A stretch of 64,000 nucleotides of DNA, taken from an uncultured Chitinophagaceae bacterium. Lineage in GTDB: Bacteria > Bacteroidota > Ignavibacteria > UBA10030 > UBA8401. The translations under genes were made by a program, and so were the position numbers. The notes beneath the pieces were generated by a model, which did no database searches, was not told the origin of the DNA, and saw only the letters and a list, made by a program, of their open reading frames with translations. The stretch covers positions 133,236 through 197,235 of the forward strand of contig CAYTOA010000001.1 in NCBI GenBank assembly GCA_964439265.1, read 5' to 3'. Numbering within the stretch: the first letter of the stretch is position 1; every line of letters starts with the position of its first letter. Of this stretch, positions 35,803 through 45,000 are shown piece by piece.

Positions 35803-37068
35803 ATGCTAGACTTAAAATATATTCGTGAACACACCGACGCAGTTAAGCAAGGGATCGCGGCGAAACGTGAAGTCGACAAAGTGGACGAGATCATTGCACT
35901 CGACGAACAGCGCCGCGAATTCATTCAAGAGGGCGAATCGCTGAAAGCGAAACGCAATGAAGCCTCCGGGAAAATCGGAGACATGAAAAAAGCGAAGCAG
36001 GATGCCTCCGCAGCGATTGCTGAGATGAACGGAGTGAAAGACCGGATTCAAGCGATCGATGAGGAGTTGAAAGTTGTTCAGGAACGCCTTGACGATTTGC
36101 TCCTTACAGTCCCAAATATTCCGCACTCTTCAGTACCGATCGGAGCCTCACCGCAGGACAATAAAGAGATTTTTACATGGGGTGAAAAAGCCACTGCAGA
36201 TTTTAAACTGGTGCCGCACTGGGACCTGGCTGAAAAACTTAACATTATCGATTTTGGGCGGGGCGCAAAAGTCGCGGGGGCGGGATTCCCGTTCTATGTG
36301 GGAAAAGGAGCGGCTCTCGAACGGGCCCTCATCAATTTCTTTCTTGACCAGGCGTCGGAGAGGGGCTATACCGAAATGAGCGCCCCGCTCGTCGTCAACG
36401 AAGAAAGCGCGCGCGGAACAGGGCAGATCCCTGATAAAGAAGACCTCATGTACACTGCTGAACGGGATGGGTATTATATGATACCCACCGCAGAGGTCCC
36501 GGTAACGAACTTTCACCGAAAAGAAGTGTTTGAAGAGAAGAGTCTGCCTATCCAATACGCAGCCTATACTCCCTGTTTTCGACGCGAAGCCGGATCCTAC
36601 GGGAAGGATGTGCGCGGGTTGAATCGTCTTCATCAATTCGATAAAGTGGAATTGGTGAAATTTGTCCTGCCGTCTCGATCGTACGACGAATTGGAATCGC
36701 TGAGGCAGAACGCGGAACATCTGCTCCAGATGCTCGGACTCCCGTATCATACTCTGCTGATGTGCACCGGCGACATGGGGTTCACGCAGTCAAAGAAATA
36801 CGATCTGGAGGTGTGGGCTCCCGGGCAGCAGAAGTGGCTCGAGGTTTCTTCATGCAGCAACTTTGAAGCATTTCAAGCCAGAAGGATGAACATCAAGTAC
36901 AAATCAACTGAGACCGGAAAGCAGGAATTCGTGCACACGCTGAACGGATCGGCCCTCGCGCTTCCCCGTGTCGTTGCGGCGCTGCTCGAACATTATCAAA
37001 CGCCGGAGGGAAAGGTCGTTCTTCCGAAAGTGCTTCAGCCATACACGAAATTTGCAGTCATTGAATAG
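35803..37068 (+). CDS. serS: Serine--tRNA ligase
   Basis: 421 aa with an N-terminal coiled-coil arm and class II motifs (FRREAGS, GLNRLHQFDKVE, TLNGSALA). Confidence 0.95.
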   Translation: MLDLKYIREHTDAVKQGIAAKREVDKVDEIIALDEQRREFIQEGESLKAKRNEASGKIGDMKKAKQDASAAIAEMNGVKDRIQAIDEELKVVQERLDDLLLTVPNIPHSSVPIGASPQDNKEIFTWGEKATADFKLVPHWDLAEKLNIIDFGRGAKVAGAGFPFYVGKGAALERALINFFLDQASERGYTEMSAPLVVNEESARGTGQIPDKEDLMYTAERDGYYMIPTAEVPVTNFHRKEVFEEKSLPIQYAAYTPCFRREAGSYGKDVRGLNRLHQFDKVELVKFVLPSRSYDELESLRQNAEHLLQMLGLPYHTLLMCTGDMGFTQSKKYDLEVWAPGQQKWLEVSSCSNFEAFQARRMNIKYKSTETGKQEFVHTLNGSALALPRVVAALLEHYQTPEGKVVLPKVLQPYTKFAVIE

Positions 37069-37114
37069 AGGGGAAGCTTTTAGCTATTTGCTGTTAGTGG
37101 TTGGGGGGGGACCA

Positions 37115-37468
37115 ATGAGAAACTTCAGGAAACTCATTATTTGGCAGCAAGGTATACAGCTTGTAGCCGATGTCTACAAGCTGTCGGAAGAATTACGAGA
37201 TTGGGAAAAATACGGATTGAAGAGCCAGACCTGCCGAGCTGTTGTTTCTATCCCATCTAATATTGCAGAAGGATGTAGCAGACCAAGCGAGATAGAGTAC
37301 AGACGATTTTTGGAAATCGCTTTGGGATCGGCGTTTGAGCTTGAGACTCAGATTATAATTGTTCACAAACTTCATTTGGCTTCAACTGAAAGAGTTGGAA
37401 CTTTGAGAACCTGTCTCGAGATAGAACAGAAAATGATCAACGCATTGATTAGCAGGTTGAACCAATAA
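37115..37468 (+). CDS. Four-helix-bundle protein (23S rRNA intervening-sequence protein / Avd-like family)
   Basis: 117 aa: MRNFRKLIIWQQGIQLVADVYKL...SIPSNIAEGCSR...EIEYRRFLEIALGSAFELETQ. The NIAEG motif and size are typical of the family. The track start at 36968 lies inside serS. Confidence 0.85.
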   Translation: MRNFRKLIIWQQGIQLVADVYKLSEELRDWEKYGLKSQTCRAVVSIPSNIAEGCSRPSEIEYRRFLEIALGSAFELETQIIIVHKLHLASTERVGTLRTCLEIEQKMINALISRLNQ

Positions 37469-37496
37469 GCAAAATGCAAATAGCCAACAGCGAAAT

Positions 37497-39260
37497 ATGA
37501 AGTCACTGCTCCGTCTTCGTCCGTACCTCGCCAAGTACCAACGCACTCTCCTGTGGGGAGTTTGCACTGTTGTCATCAGCAACTTGTTTGTCGTGGCGAC
37601 GCCGCTCTTCATTGGAAATGCCGTCGATACCATCAAACATGGCGTCGATACCGGAGTGCTTCAGTATTCAAAACTCATCAGGGATGCCGGATTGATCGTC
37701 GTTTTTGCCATCGTCGCTGGTTTTATGACCTTTCTCACGAGGCAGACGATCATTGTCGTTTCGCGCAAGATTGAATACGATCTGCGCAACGACTTTCTTG
37801 CCCACATACAAAAGCTGCCTCTTAATTATTTCCAGAACACCCCCACCGGCGATCTGATGGCGCATGCGACGAACGACATCTCTGCAGTGCGCAACGCTCT
37901 CGGTCCGGGCATCATGTATCCCTCCGACACGTTCATGACGTTTTCCATGGCGTTGACGCTGATGTTCGTCAAGGATTGGTCGCTGACGCTCGTCGCGCTT
38001 GTTCCTCTCCCCCTCATCTCCTACGCCGTCTACAAGCTTGGAAAGATCATTCATGCAAAGTTCAACGAACGGCAGGAGCAGTATTCGCTCCTCACGACGC
38101 GCGCACAGGAGAACCTCTCCGGTATCAGGGTCGTCAAGGCGTATGTCCGCGAAGAGTACGAGATCGGCCTGTTCGAGAAATTGAGCTGGGTGTACCTGAA
38201 GAAGAATCTCGTGCTGGCAAAAGCGCAGTCGATCATGTGGCCGCTGATGTACATGCTGGTCGGTATCTCGCTGGTCATCACGGTGTACTTCGGCGGACTG
38301 CAGGTTATCGCGGGGAAAATATCCATCGGAACATTGACTGCCTTCTTCACATATCTTTCGATGCTGATATGGCCGATGATCGCCTTCGGATGGGTCACGA
38401 ATATCATCCAGCAGGGAGCGGCGTCGATGGAGCGGCTTGCGAAGATTTTCGACACTGTGCCGGAGATCCGCGATACGGAAGAGACAGATATCTTGATCAA
38501 GCACATCGACGGAGAGATCGAATTCAAGAATGTTTCTTTCACTCATAAAGGCGCGGCAAAGCCGACCCTCAGAAACATCGACCTCAAAATCCCGAAAGGT
38601 ACGACGCTCGCCGTTGTCGGCTACACCGGCGCCGGCAAGAGCACGTTCATCAATTTGTTGCCGCGGCTGTATGACGTGACGGAAGGGGAATTGCTTATTG
38701 ACGGCATCAACATCAAAAAAATTCCCCTGGAGGTTCTGCGATCACACGTTGGATGTGTGCCGCAGGAAACATTCTTGTTCTCGGAAACGATCTCCGAAAA
38801 CATCAGCTACGGTGTGGACGGAATGACTCACGAACAGGTCCGCGAAGCCGCGGAGATCTCACAAATTGCGAAAGACGTGAACGACTTTCCGCAGCAATTC
38901 GAGACCGCGCTCGGCGAACGCGGGATCACGTTGTCGGGAGGTCAGAAGCAGCGCACAAGTATTGCCCGTGCCATCCTGCGGGAGCCGAAAATTCTGATCC
39001 TTGACGATGCACTTTCATCGGTGGATACGTACACCGAAGAAGCGATACTTAAACGACTTCGCCGCGTCATGGAAAACCGGACGAGCATCATCATCAGTCA
39101 CCGCATTTCGACCGTCAAGGATGCCGATATGATCATCGTGATGGACAAAGGGGAGATCGTAGAGCGGGGACGTCACGATGAGCTTGTCGAACTCAACGGC
39201 ATCTATGCGAACCTGCATTACAAGCAGCTGCTGGAAAGGGAGCTGGAACAGCTCAATTGA
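37497..39260 (+). CDS. ABC exporter, fused permease/ATPase (half-transporter 1)
   Basis: 587 aa with 6 TM helices, Walker A GYTGAGKST, signature LSGGQKQR and Walker B ILILDDA. Confidence 0.92.
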   Translation: MKSLLRLRPYLAKYQRTLLWGVCTVVISNLFVVATPLFIGNAVDTIKHGVDTGVLQYSKLIRDAGLIVVFAIVAGFMTFLTRQTIIVVSRKIEYDLRNDFLAHIQKLPLNYFQNTPTGDLMAHATNDISAVRNALGPGIMYPSDTFMTFSMALTLMFVKDWSLTLVALVPLPLISYAVYKLGKIIHAKFNERQEQYSLLTTRAQENLSGIRVVKAYVREEYEIGLFEKLSWVYLKKNLVLAKAQSIMWPLMYMLVGISLVITVYFGGLQVIAGKISIGTLTAFFTYLSMLIWPMIAFGWVTNIIQQGAASMERLAKIFDTVPEIRDTEETDILIKHIDGEIEFKNVSFTHKGAAKPTLRNIDLKIPKGTTLAVVGYTGAGKSTFINLLPRLYDVTEGELLIDGINIKKIPLEVLRSHVGCVPQETFLFSETISENISYGVDGMTHEQVREAAEISQIAKDVNDFPQQFETALGERGITLSGGQKQRTSIARAILREPKILILDDALSSVDTYTEEAILKRLRRVMENRTSIIISHRISTVKDADMIIVMDKGEIVERGRHDELVELNGIYANLHYKQLLERELEQLN

Positions 39261-39283
39261 AAATTAAAAATGCAAAATTAAAA
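39257..39283. repeat. Left arm of the AT-rich inverted repeat flanking the four-helix-bundle ORF
   Basis: TTGAAAATTAAAAATGCAAAATTAAAA matches the reverse complement of 39646-39676 (GTGAAAAATTAAAAGTGTAAAATTAAAAAAA) at ~26/29 positions with one 1-nt gap. Confidence 0.8.
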
Positions 39284-39645
39284 TGGCACACGAGGGGGAT
39301 ATTCTTGATCGTACATACAAGTTTGCCTTGCGCGTCATTGCACTATCTCGTCAGTTGCCCGACTCAACGGATAGCCGGGTTCTGATTCGACAACTTGTAC
39401 GCTCAGGCACCTCTGTTGGGGCGAATGTGGAAGAAGCAACGGCAGGTTCGTCGAGAGAAGACTTTATATACAAAATGAATATTGCGTTAAAAGAAGCGCG
39501 TGAAACTCACTATTGGTTACGCTTGGCAAGAGATAGCAAATACGTCAGCCCGAAAAAATTTGATGCAATTATTCAAGAGGCAGATGAACTTCGAAGGATA
39601 TTAGGCGCTATTGTTAGTAAAAGCCGAAGCTCGGGGAAACAATAA
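39283..39645 (+). CDS. Four-helix-bundle protein (23S rRNA intervening-sequence protein / Avd-like family)
   Basis: 120 aa: DRTYKFALRVIALSRQLP...QLVRSGTSVGANVEEA...KMNIALKEARETHYWLRL. Confidence 0.85.
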   Translation: MAHEGDILDRTYKFALRVIALSRQLPDSTDSRVLIRQLVRSGTSVGANVEEATAGSSREDFIYKMNIALKEARETHYWLRLARDSKYVSPKKFDAIIQEADELRRILGAIVSKSRSSGKQ

Positions 39646-39676
39646 TTTTTTTAATTTTACACTTTTAATTTTTCAC
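39646..39676. repeat. Right arm of the AT-rich inverted repeat flanking the four-helix-bundle ORF
   Basis: TTTTTTTAATTTTACACTTTTAATTTTTCAC; see the left arm at 39257-39283 and the homologous hairpin at 30242-30323. Confidence 0.8.
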
Positions 39677-39683
39677 TGATACA

Positions 39684-41456
39684 ATGCACGAAGAAGAAAT
39701 TCTCGGTAAAGCGTACGACGGAAAGCTGATGAAGCGGCTGCTCCATTACCTTCGTCCGTACAAATGGTACGTTGTGCTCGGCATCGTGCTGAGCATGGTG
39801 GTCTCAGCGCTCGAGGCAGTGCGGCCGTACTTCACGAAGATCGCTGTCGATGTTAACATCAAAAACCATGACGACCATGGACTGCTGATCACGGCGTTGA
39901 TGTTCCTGAGCGTCCTGACGCTTCGCGGCGTGATGCAGTATTTTAATTCCTATCTCACGCAGTGGATCGGGCAGCGGACCATCTTCGACCTGCGGATGGA
40001 ACTCTTCAGGCATCTCCAGAATCTTTCGCTGAAGTTCTACGACAGGAATCCGATCGGCCGGCTCATCACGCGCGTCACGAGCGACGTCGAAGTACTCAAC
40101 GACATGTTCTCGTCGGGCATCGTGATGGTGTTCAGCGACGTCTTCATGATCGCAGGAATCTTATGGTTCATGTTTTCAATGAACTGGGGGCTCGCGCTGG
40201 TGTCGCTCAGCGTTCTCCCGTTCTTGTTCTACGGTACATTCCTTTTTCGAAAGAAAGCCCGTGAAGCGTACCGCGACGTCCGGATACAGATCGCTAAGAT
40301 CAATACGTTTATGCAGGAACATATCACGGGGATGATCGTCGACCAGATCTTCAACCGTGAGGAGAAGGCGTACGATCAGTTCACCGGACTGAACGCCGCA
40401 CACCGCGACGCCAACATCCGTTCGATTTTCTATTATGCTGTGTTTTACCCCGCCGTCGATATTATCGGAGCGATTGCAATAGGGCTGATCGTTTGGTATG
40501 CCGGCGGAAAGACGCTCGAGGGAAAAGTGACCATCGGAACGATCATGGCGTTCCTTCAATTTAACGAAATGTTCTGGCGGCCGATACGCGATTTGTCGGA
40601 AAAGTACAACATCATGCAGACGGCGATGGCTTCATCAGAGCGGATTTTTAAGCTCCTCGACGATCAAAGCATTCTACAGAATCCTGAGAAAGCGGTTCCG
40701 CTGCCGGCCATGAAGGGGAAGGTTGAATTCCGCAATGTCTGGTTTGCCTACAGCGACGAAGATTGGGTGCTGAAAAATGTTTCGTTTACGATGAATCAAG
40801 GCGAGACGATTGCGTTCGTCGGACATACGGGAGCTGGTAAAACCACAATCATCAGCCTCCTCTCGCGTTTCTATGAGATCCAGAAAGGTGAAATACTCGT
40901 CGACGACATTAACATCAAAGATATAAACGTGGCGGATTTGAGGGCGCATATTGCAGTGGTACTCCAGGATGTATTCCTCTTTTCGGGAGATGTGAAAGGG
41001 AATATCAGTTTGGGGAACGAGGCCATACCGTTCGAACGTGTGAAAGCAGCCGCCGAGTTTGTGGGAATTGACCAATTCATCCAGACGATGCCGAAGCAGT
41101 ACGACGAAGAGGTAAAAGAACGGGGCTCGACCCTTTCCGTCGGTCAGAAGCAGCTTCTTTCATTTGCCCGCGCACTCGCGTACAATCCGAAAATCCTTGT
41201 CCTGGATGAAGCGACGTCGAGCGTCGATACGCAGACGGAATTGCTTATCCAATCCGCCATTAAAAAATTACTTGCCGGCAGAAGTTCTATCGTCATTGCT
41301 CACCGGCTCTCCACGATCCAAAGTGCGGATAAGATTATCGTGATGCACAAGGGAGAGATCCGTGAGTCCGGCACTCATCAGCAGCTTCTTGCACTCGGAG
41401 GCATTTACTATAAACTCTATCAGCTGCAATACAGGGAGCAGGAAGTAGGGGAGTGA
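39684..41456 (+). CDS. ABC exporter, fused permease/ATPase (half-transporter 2)
   Basis: 590 aa with Walker A GHTGAGKTT, signature LSVGQKQL and Walker B ILVLDEA. Confidence 0.92.
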   Translation: MHEEEILGKAYDGKLMKRLLHYLRPYKWYVVLGIVLSMVVSALEAVRPYFTKIAVDVNIKNHDDHGLLITALMFLSVLTLRGVMQYFNSYLTQWIGQRTIFDLRMELFRHLQNLSLKFYDRNPIGRLITRVTSDVEVLNDMFSSGIVMVFSDVFMIAGILWFMFSMNWGLALVSLSVLPFLFYGTFLFRKKAREAYRDVRIQIAKINTFMQEHITGMIVDQIFNREEKAYDQFTGLNAAHRDANIRSIFYYAVFYPAVDIIGAIAIGLIVWYAGGKTLEGKVTIGTIMAFLQFNEMFWRPIRDLSEKYNIMQTAMASSERIFKLLDDQSILQNPEKAVPLPAMKGKVEFRNVWFAYSDEDWVLKNVSFTMNQGETIAFVGHTGAGKTTIISLLSRFYEIQKGEILVDDINIKDINVADLRAHIAVVLQDVFLFSGDVKGNISLGNEAIPFERVKAAAEFVGIDQFIQTMPKQYDEEVKERGSTLSVGQKQLLSFARALAYNPKILVLDEATSSVDTQTELLIQSAIKKLLAGRSSIVIAHRLSTIQSADKIIVMHKGEIRESGTHQQLLALGGIYYKLYQLQYREQEVGE

Positions 41457-41589
41457 TGACGAAGATTACGATGAAAGCTTTTGACCTCGTGTTGACTGCA
41501 ACGCTTCTAATATTTTCTCAATACACTTATCCGAGTCAGAATTAATTTGATGTTCCCAAAGTCCGATGATTTTTCCCCTGTGAACCATT

Positions 41590-42372
41590 ATGACTAATTC
41601 AGGATCCCAAAATAAGAATCAACATAAAAACTATGAAATTCTAAATTTGATTGGATACGGGTTGGCCAAATTTGATTTGGCTTTTGTTAAAGCATTTGGG
41701 TATAAGACAAAATCTTCTTTTTATTCCCATATGATAAAGATCGGGATTGCCGAAACCGTAGGCACGGTGAAAAATCGACAAGATTTGTTCGACCCTTTCT
41801 TTGCAAATACAAGAAAGGGTTGGTGGCAGAAAGGAAATGCATATATTCATCGGAAAATTTTTATTGATTCATTGTTTGGCAATCTTGATGTTACATCTTA
41901 TGCAGATGTTGTCAAATTGTACCTTAAAGCCAAACTCAAAATAGATTTGGGAGATTTAAGGATTACGCCAATTCTAAAGAGTAGATTCAAACAACTGCAA
42001 ATAACAGGGCAAGAAGCTGAGCTTTATTTTCTCAACAACTATTCATCAATAGACGAATTCAAAGATGGTAAACTGGAAGATGCTAGGCTTTTCGGAGACG
42101 GGTATGATTTTCAGGTTGAAGTTGAATCACATTATTTTTTAACAGAAGTAAAGGGCTTGCGAACCCAAAGTGGAAGTATTCGATTCACGCAGAACGAATA
42201 TAAAAAAGCTAGGGAAGACCGAGATGACTATGCTCTTATTGTAGTGAGCAATCTTAATGAGTCTCCTAAAATCAGTCCGATTTTCAATCCAGTTAAAATC
42301 CTGGTCTTTAAAGAACAAACAATATCTCAGTCGCCGCAATTAACTTATAATACTGGTTCGATTTTATGGTAA
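41590..42372 (+). CDS. DUF3883-type PD-(D/E)xK nuclease-like protein with an unrecognised N-terminal domain
   Basis: 260 aa. The C-terminal half reads GQEAELYFLNNY...GDGYDFQVEVESHYFLTEVKG...IRFTQNEYKKA...DDYALIVV (D...E-x-K core). The gene is visibly AT-rich relative to its flanks. Confidence 0.65.
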   Translation: MTNSGSQNKNQHKNYEILNLIGYGLAKFDLAFVKAFGYKTKSSFYSHMIKIGIAETVGTVKNRQDLFDPFFANTRKGWWQKGNAYIHRKIFIDSLFGNLDVTSYADVVKLYLKAKLKIDLGDLRITPILKSRFKQLQITGQEAELYFLNNYSSIDEFKDGKLEDARLFGDGYDFQVEVESHYFLTEVKGLRTQSGSIRFTQNEYKKAREDRDDYALIVVSNLNESPKISPIFNPVKILVFKEQTISQSPQLTYNTGSILW

Positions 42373-42472
42373 ACGGACTTAATATTAGCCGGTGGGAAGT
42401 AAGAGGGGGATTAGCTGGGAATAAATAAGGTTGTTTTTAAAAAAGGATATTACTTCTTCTATCTACTCCTGT

Positions 42473-42874
42473 CTATTTTATCCACCTTACTTTAATCTTG
42501 CTTTCCACCTGTTTAAACTCTTTATCGCCGGTCACAAGTTCGCACTTCTTTTTCATTGCCAGAGCCGCAGCAAAACAATCTGCGAACGACATTTTGTTGA
42601 AAGCCTTTAGTTCTGCAGCGGTTCGGGTCAATTCTTTGTCTGCATCGACCACCTGGATCGGCAGCGCGTGCAAAGTGTCTTCTGCCAGTTTCGCCGTCTT
42701 TTCACCGCCGGTGCGATAGCCGTGATATAGAACTTCTCCCCAGTTGACAACGCACATGTATGCTATGCGGTCCTTTAAAACACATTCGTCGAGCACGGCG
42801 GAGACCTCGTCGTAGCCTTCTTCGCGTTCCAGAAAAGAAATCAAGGCGTAGCTGTCTAATACTGTTGCTTTCAT
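42473..42874 (-). CDS. vapC: PIN-domain toxin (VapC family)
   Basis: 133 aa with an acidic quartet pattern (LDSYALI..., ...NWGEV..., SFADCFAAA, ...TGDKEF). It overlaps the upstream antitoxin gene by 4 nt. Confidence 0.85.
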   Translation of the reverse strand: MKATVLDSYALISFLEREEGYDEVSAVLDECVLKDRIAYMCVVNWGEVLYHGYRTGGEKTAKLAEDTLHALPIQVVDADKELTRTAAELKAFNKMSFADCFAAALAMKKKCELVTGDKEFKQVESKIKVRWIK

Positions 42875-43101
42875 AACTCGCGCTCCCGTTTCTTGTCATC
42901 CATGAGCGACTTGAGCATTTTGCCATCTGTCCCCAAAATGCCAGCAAGGCTTTCAAAATAGTTTTTGTCGAGGGGCTGGATGATAAGCTTCCCGTTCTGC
43001 TCGATGAATGCGATCTTTGTCCCCTTTTTTATTCCGAACTTACGGCGGATGCTCGCCGGAACGACAACCTGTCCTTTAACGGTTACAACTGATGTTTCCA
43101 T
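42871..43101 (-). CDS. AbrB/MazE/SpoVT-family antitoxin
   Basis: 76 aa with VTVKGQVVVPASIRRKFGIKKGTKIAF, a swapped-hairpin barrel motif. Confidence 0.85.
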   Translation of the reverse strand: METSVVTVKGQVVVPASIRRKFGIKKGTKIAFIEQNGKLIIQPLDKNYFESLAGILGTDGKMLKSLMDDKKREREL

Positions 43102-43334
43102 GGGTATCCTCTTTGTTTTCTAAAGGATACAACAATCTTATATGTAAGTCAAGAAAAGAATAGACTTACTTTATCTTTTTACTTACTACCTGTAGATTTC
43201 TCAAATTAGTGTTTACGGAGGTTTTTCAGTCAACAGTCTGCATGCTGTCTGCGTAATTGCTTGGAATTTTAACCCGTTTTCCCTACTTTCATTTCAGCAG
43301 GTCTTTTTCCTAATCTCTGCAACCTGAGTAACCA

Positions 43335-44348
43335 ATGTCTCAAAAAGTCGTCACCATTGAACGGTATATTATTGAAGGAGAACGGCAGCATCCCGGAGCG
43401 ACGGGGAATTTCTCCGCCGTCCTGCGGGATTTGACGCTCGCGATCAAAGTGATCTGGCGCGAGGTGAGCAAGGCAGGATTGGTTAATATTCTTGGATTGG
43501 CCGGGAAAGAAAATATCCACGGCGATGTTGTGAAGAAACTGGACGTCTTTGCCGACGAGGCGATCTATAAAGCAATGGACCATGGCGGTCATCTGTGCGT
43601 CATGGCGTCGGAAGAGAATGAAGATGTCCTGCACATCCCGGACGACTATCCGAAAGGAAAGTACGTTCTCCTCTTCGACCCGCTCGACGGTTCGTCCAAC
43701 ATTGACGCGAATGTCACTATCGGGACTATCTTTTCCATCTACCGCCGCGTGTCAATTTCAGGCAAGGGAACTCTCGCCGATTGCATTCAGCCGGGCTACA
43801 AGCAGATTGCAGCAGGGTATGTTGTGTATGGATCAAGTACCATGCTCGTATACACAACCGGCGACGGCGTGCATGGCTTCACGCTTGACCCCAGCATCGG
43901 CGAATTTCTTTTATCACATGAAAACATCCAGGTTCCGAAACACGGGAAGATCTACAGCGCGAACGAAGGGAATTACCGCTATTGGGATGGTGGTGTCAAA
44001 CACTACATCAAATATCTTCAAGAAGAAGATAAAAATACGGGACGGCCGTATTCCGGGAGATATATCGGGTCGATGGTCGCGGATATTCACCGCACGCTGC
44101 TGTACGGAGGGATCTTCTTATATCCCGGAGACACGCGGTACCCTCATGGAAAACTCCGATTGATGTATGAGGCGAACCCGATGTCCTTCATCATCGAACA
44201 GGCGGGCGGGGCGGCGACCGACGGCAGCAGAAGAATCCTTGACATCGTACCTGAATCGCTCCACCAAAAGACCCCTCTTTTTGTCGGAAGCGAAGAGGAC
44301 GTCGCGCAATGCAGTGAATTTCTTCGTGGGCGCTCGCATGCAGATTAA
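43335..44348 (+). CDS. fbp: Class 1 fructose-1,6-bisphosphatase
   Basis: 337 aa with ASEE, FDPLDGSSNID, GRYIGSMVADIHRTL and YPHGKLRLMYEANP-type motifs. Confidence 0.94.
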   Translation: MSQKVVTIERYIIEGERQHPGATGNFSAVLRDLTLAIKVIWREVSKAGLVNILGLAGKENIHGDVVKKLDVFADEAIYKAMDHGGHLCVMASEENEDVLHIPDDYPKGKYVLLFDPLDGSSNIDANVTIGTIFSIYRRVSISGKGTLADCIQPGYKQIAAGYVVYGSSTMLVYTTGDGVHGFTLDPSIGEFLLSHENIQVPKHGKIYSANEGNYRYWDGGVKHYIKYLQEEDKNTGRPYSGRYIGSMVADIHRTLLYGGIFLYPGDTRYPHGKLRLMYEANPMSFIIEQAGGAATDGSRRILDIVPESLHQKTPLFVGSEEDVAQCSEFLRGRSHAD

Positions 44349-44931
44349 TCCCGCAGAGATCCTGAATCAGTCCATTGCCGCGACAACGTTCGTTGTCATC
44401 GACGTAGAAACAACCGGCCTGTCTCCGCGGGACGGCGGCATCACGGAAATTGCAATGATCAAAGTTCGCAACGGTTTGTTGTGGGATGAATATACTACGC
44501 TAGTCAACCCGCTCATTCCGATTCCCTATGAAGTCACGGAATTGACAGGGATTGATGATGCCATGGTCGCGGACGCTCCAGCGGCGGATGAGGTGGCTCC
44601 CGCGATCGCTGAATTCCTCGGCGACGGCGTCTTCACCGCGCATAACGCACCGTTCGATTTAGGATTCGTGAACAGTACTCTGTCGAGGGGAAAGATCGAA
44701 CGCATTCAGAATCCTGTGGTCTGCACGTGCAAGCTGGCCCGCCGCCTGCTTCCGAACCTGTACAGTAAATCGCTCGGTCCAGTGGCCAAAGAATTGGGAA
44801 TCCGTAACTCGCAGCGTCACCGGGCTGCCGGGGATGCCTACGCAACAGCTCAGGTGCTGATTCATTTTTTACGCAGGCTGGAAGAGGAATTTGACGTCGT
44901 TGATTTGAATGGAGTGATGCGGTTTCAATAG
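44338..44931 (+). CDS. DEDDh 3'-5' exonuclease (DnaQ/epsilon-like)
   Basis: ExoI VIDVETTGL, ExoII AHNAPFDLGF, ExoIII HRAAGDAYAT. The ATG at 44338 overlaps the fbp stop; the track start at 44167 lies inside fbp. Confidence 0.88.
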   Translation: MQINPAEILNQSIAATTFVVIDVETTGLSPRDGGITEIAMIKVRNGLLWDEYTTLVNPLIPIPYEVTELTGIDDAMVADAPAADEVAPAIAEFLGDGVFTAHNAPFDLGFVNSTLSRGKIERIQNPVVCTCKLARRLLPNLYSKSLGPVAKELGIRNSQRHRAAGDAYATAQVLIHFLRRLEEEFDVVDLNGVMRFQ

Positions 44932-44947
44932 AGTTAAGGCGGAAAAT

Positions 44948-44982
44948 GAAAAGGCCGGCATCGATCAATGAAGCCGGCCTTT
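44948..44982. terminator. Bidirectional rho-independent terminator between convergent genes
   Basis: AAAAGGCCGGC ... GCCGGCCTTTT: a 7-bp GC stem flanked by an A-run and a T-run. Confidence 0.8.
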
Positions 44983-45000
44983 TCCTGTTCTATCAATTCG

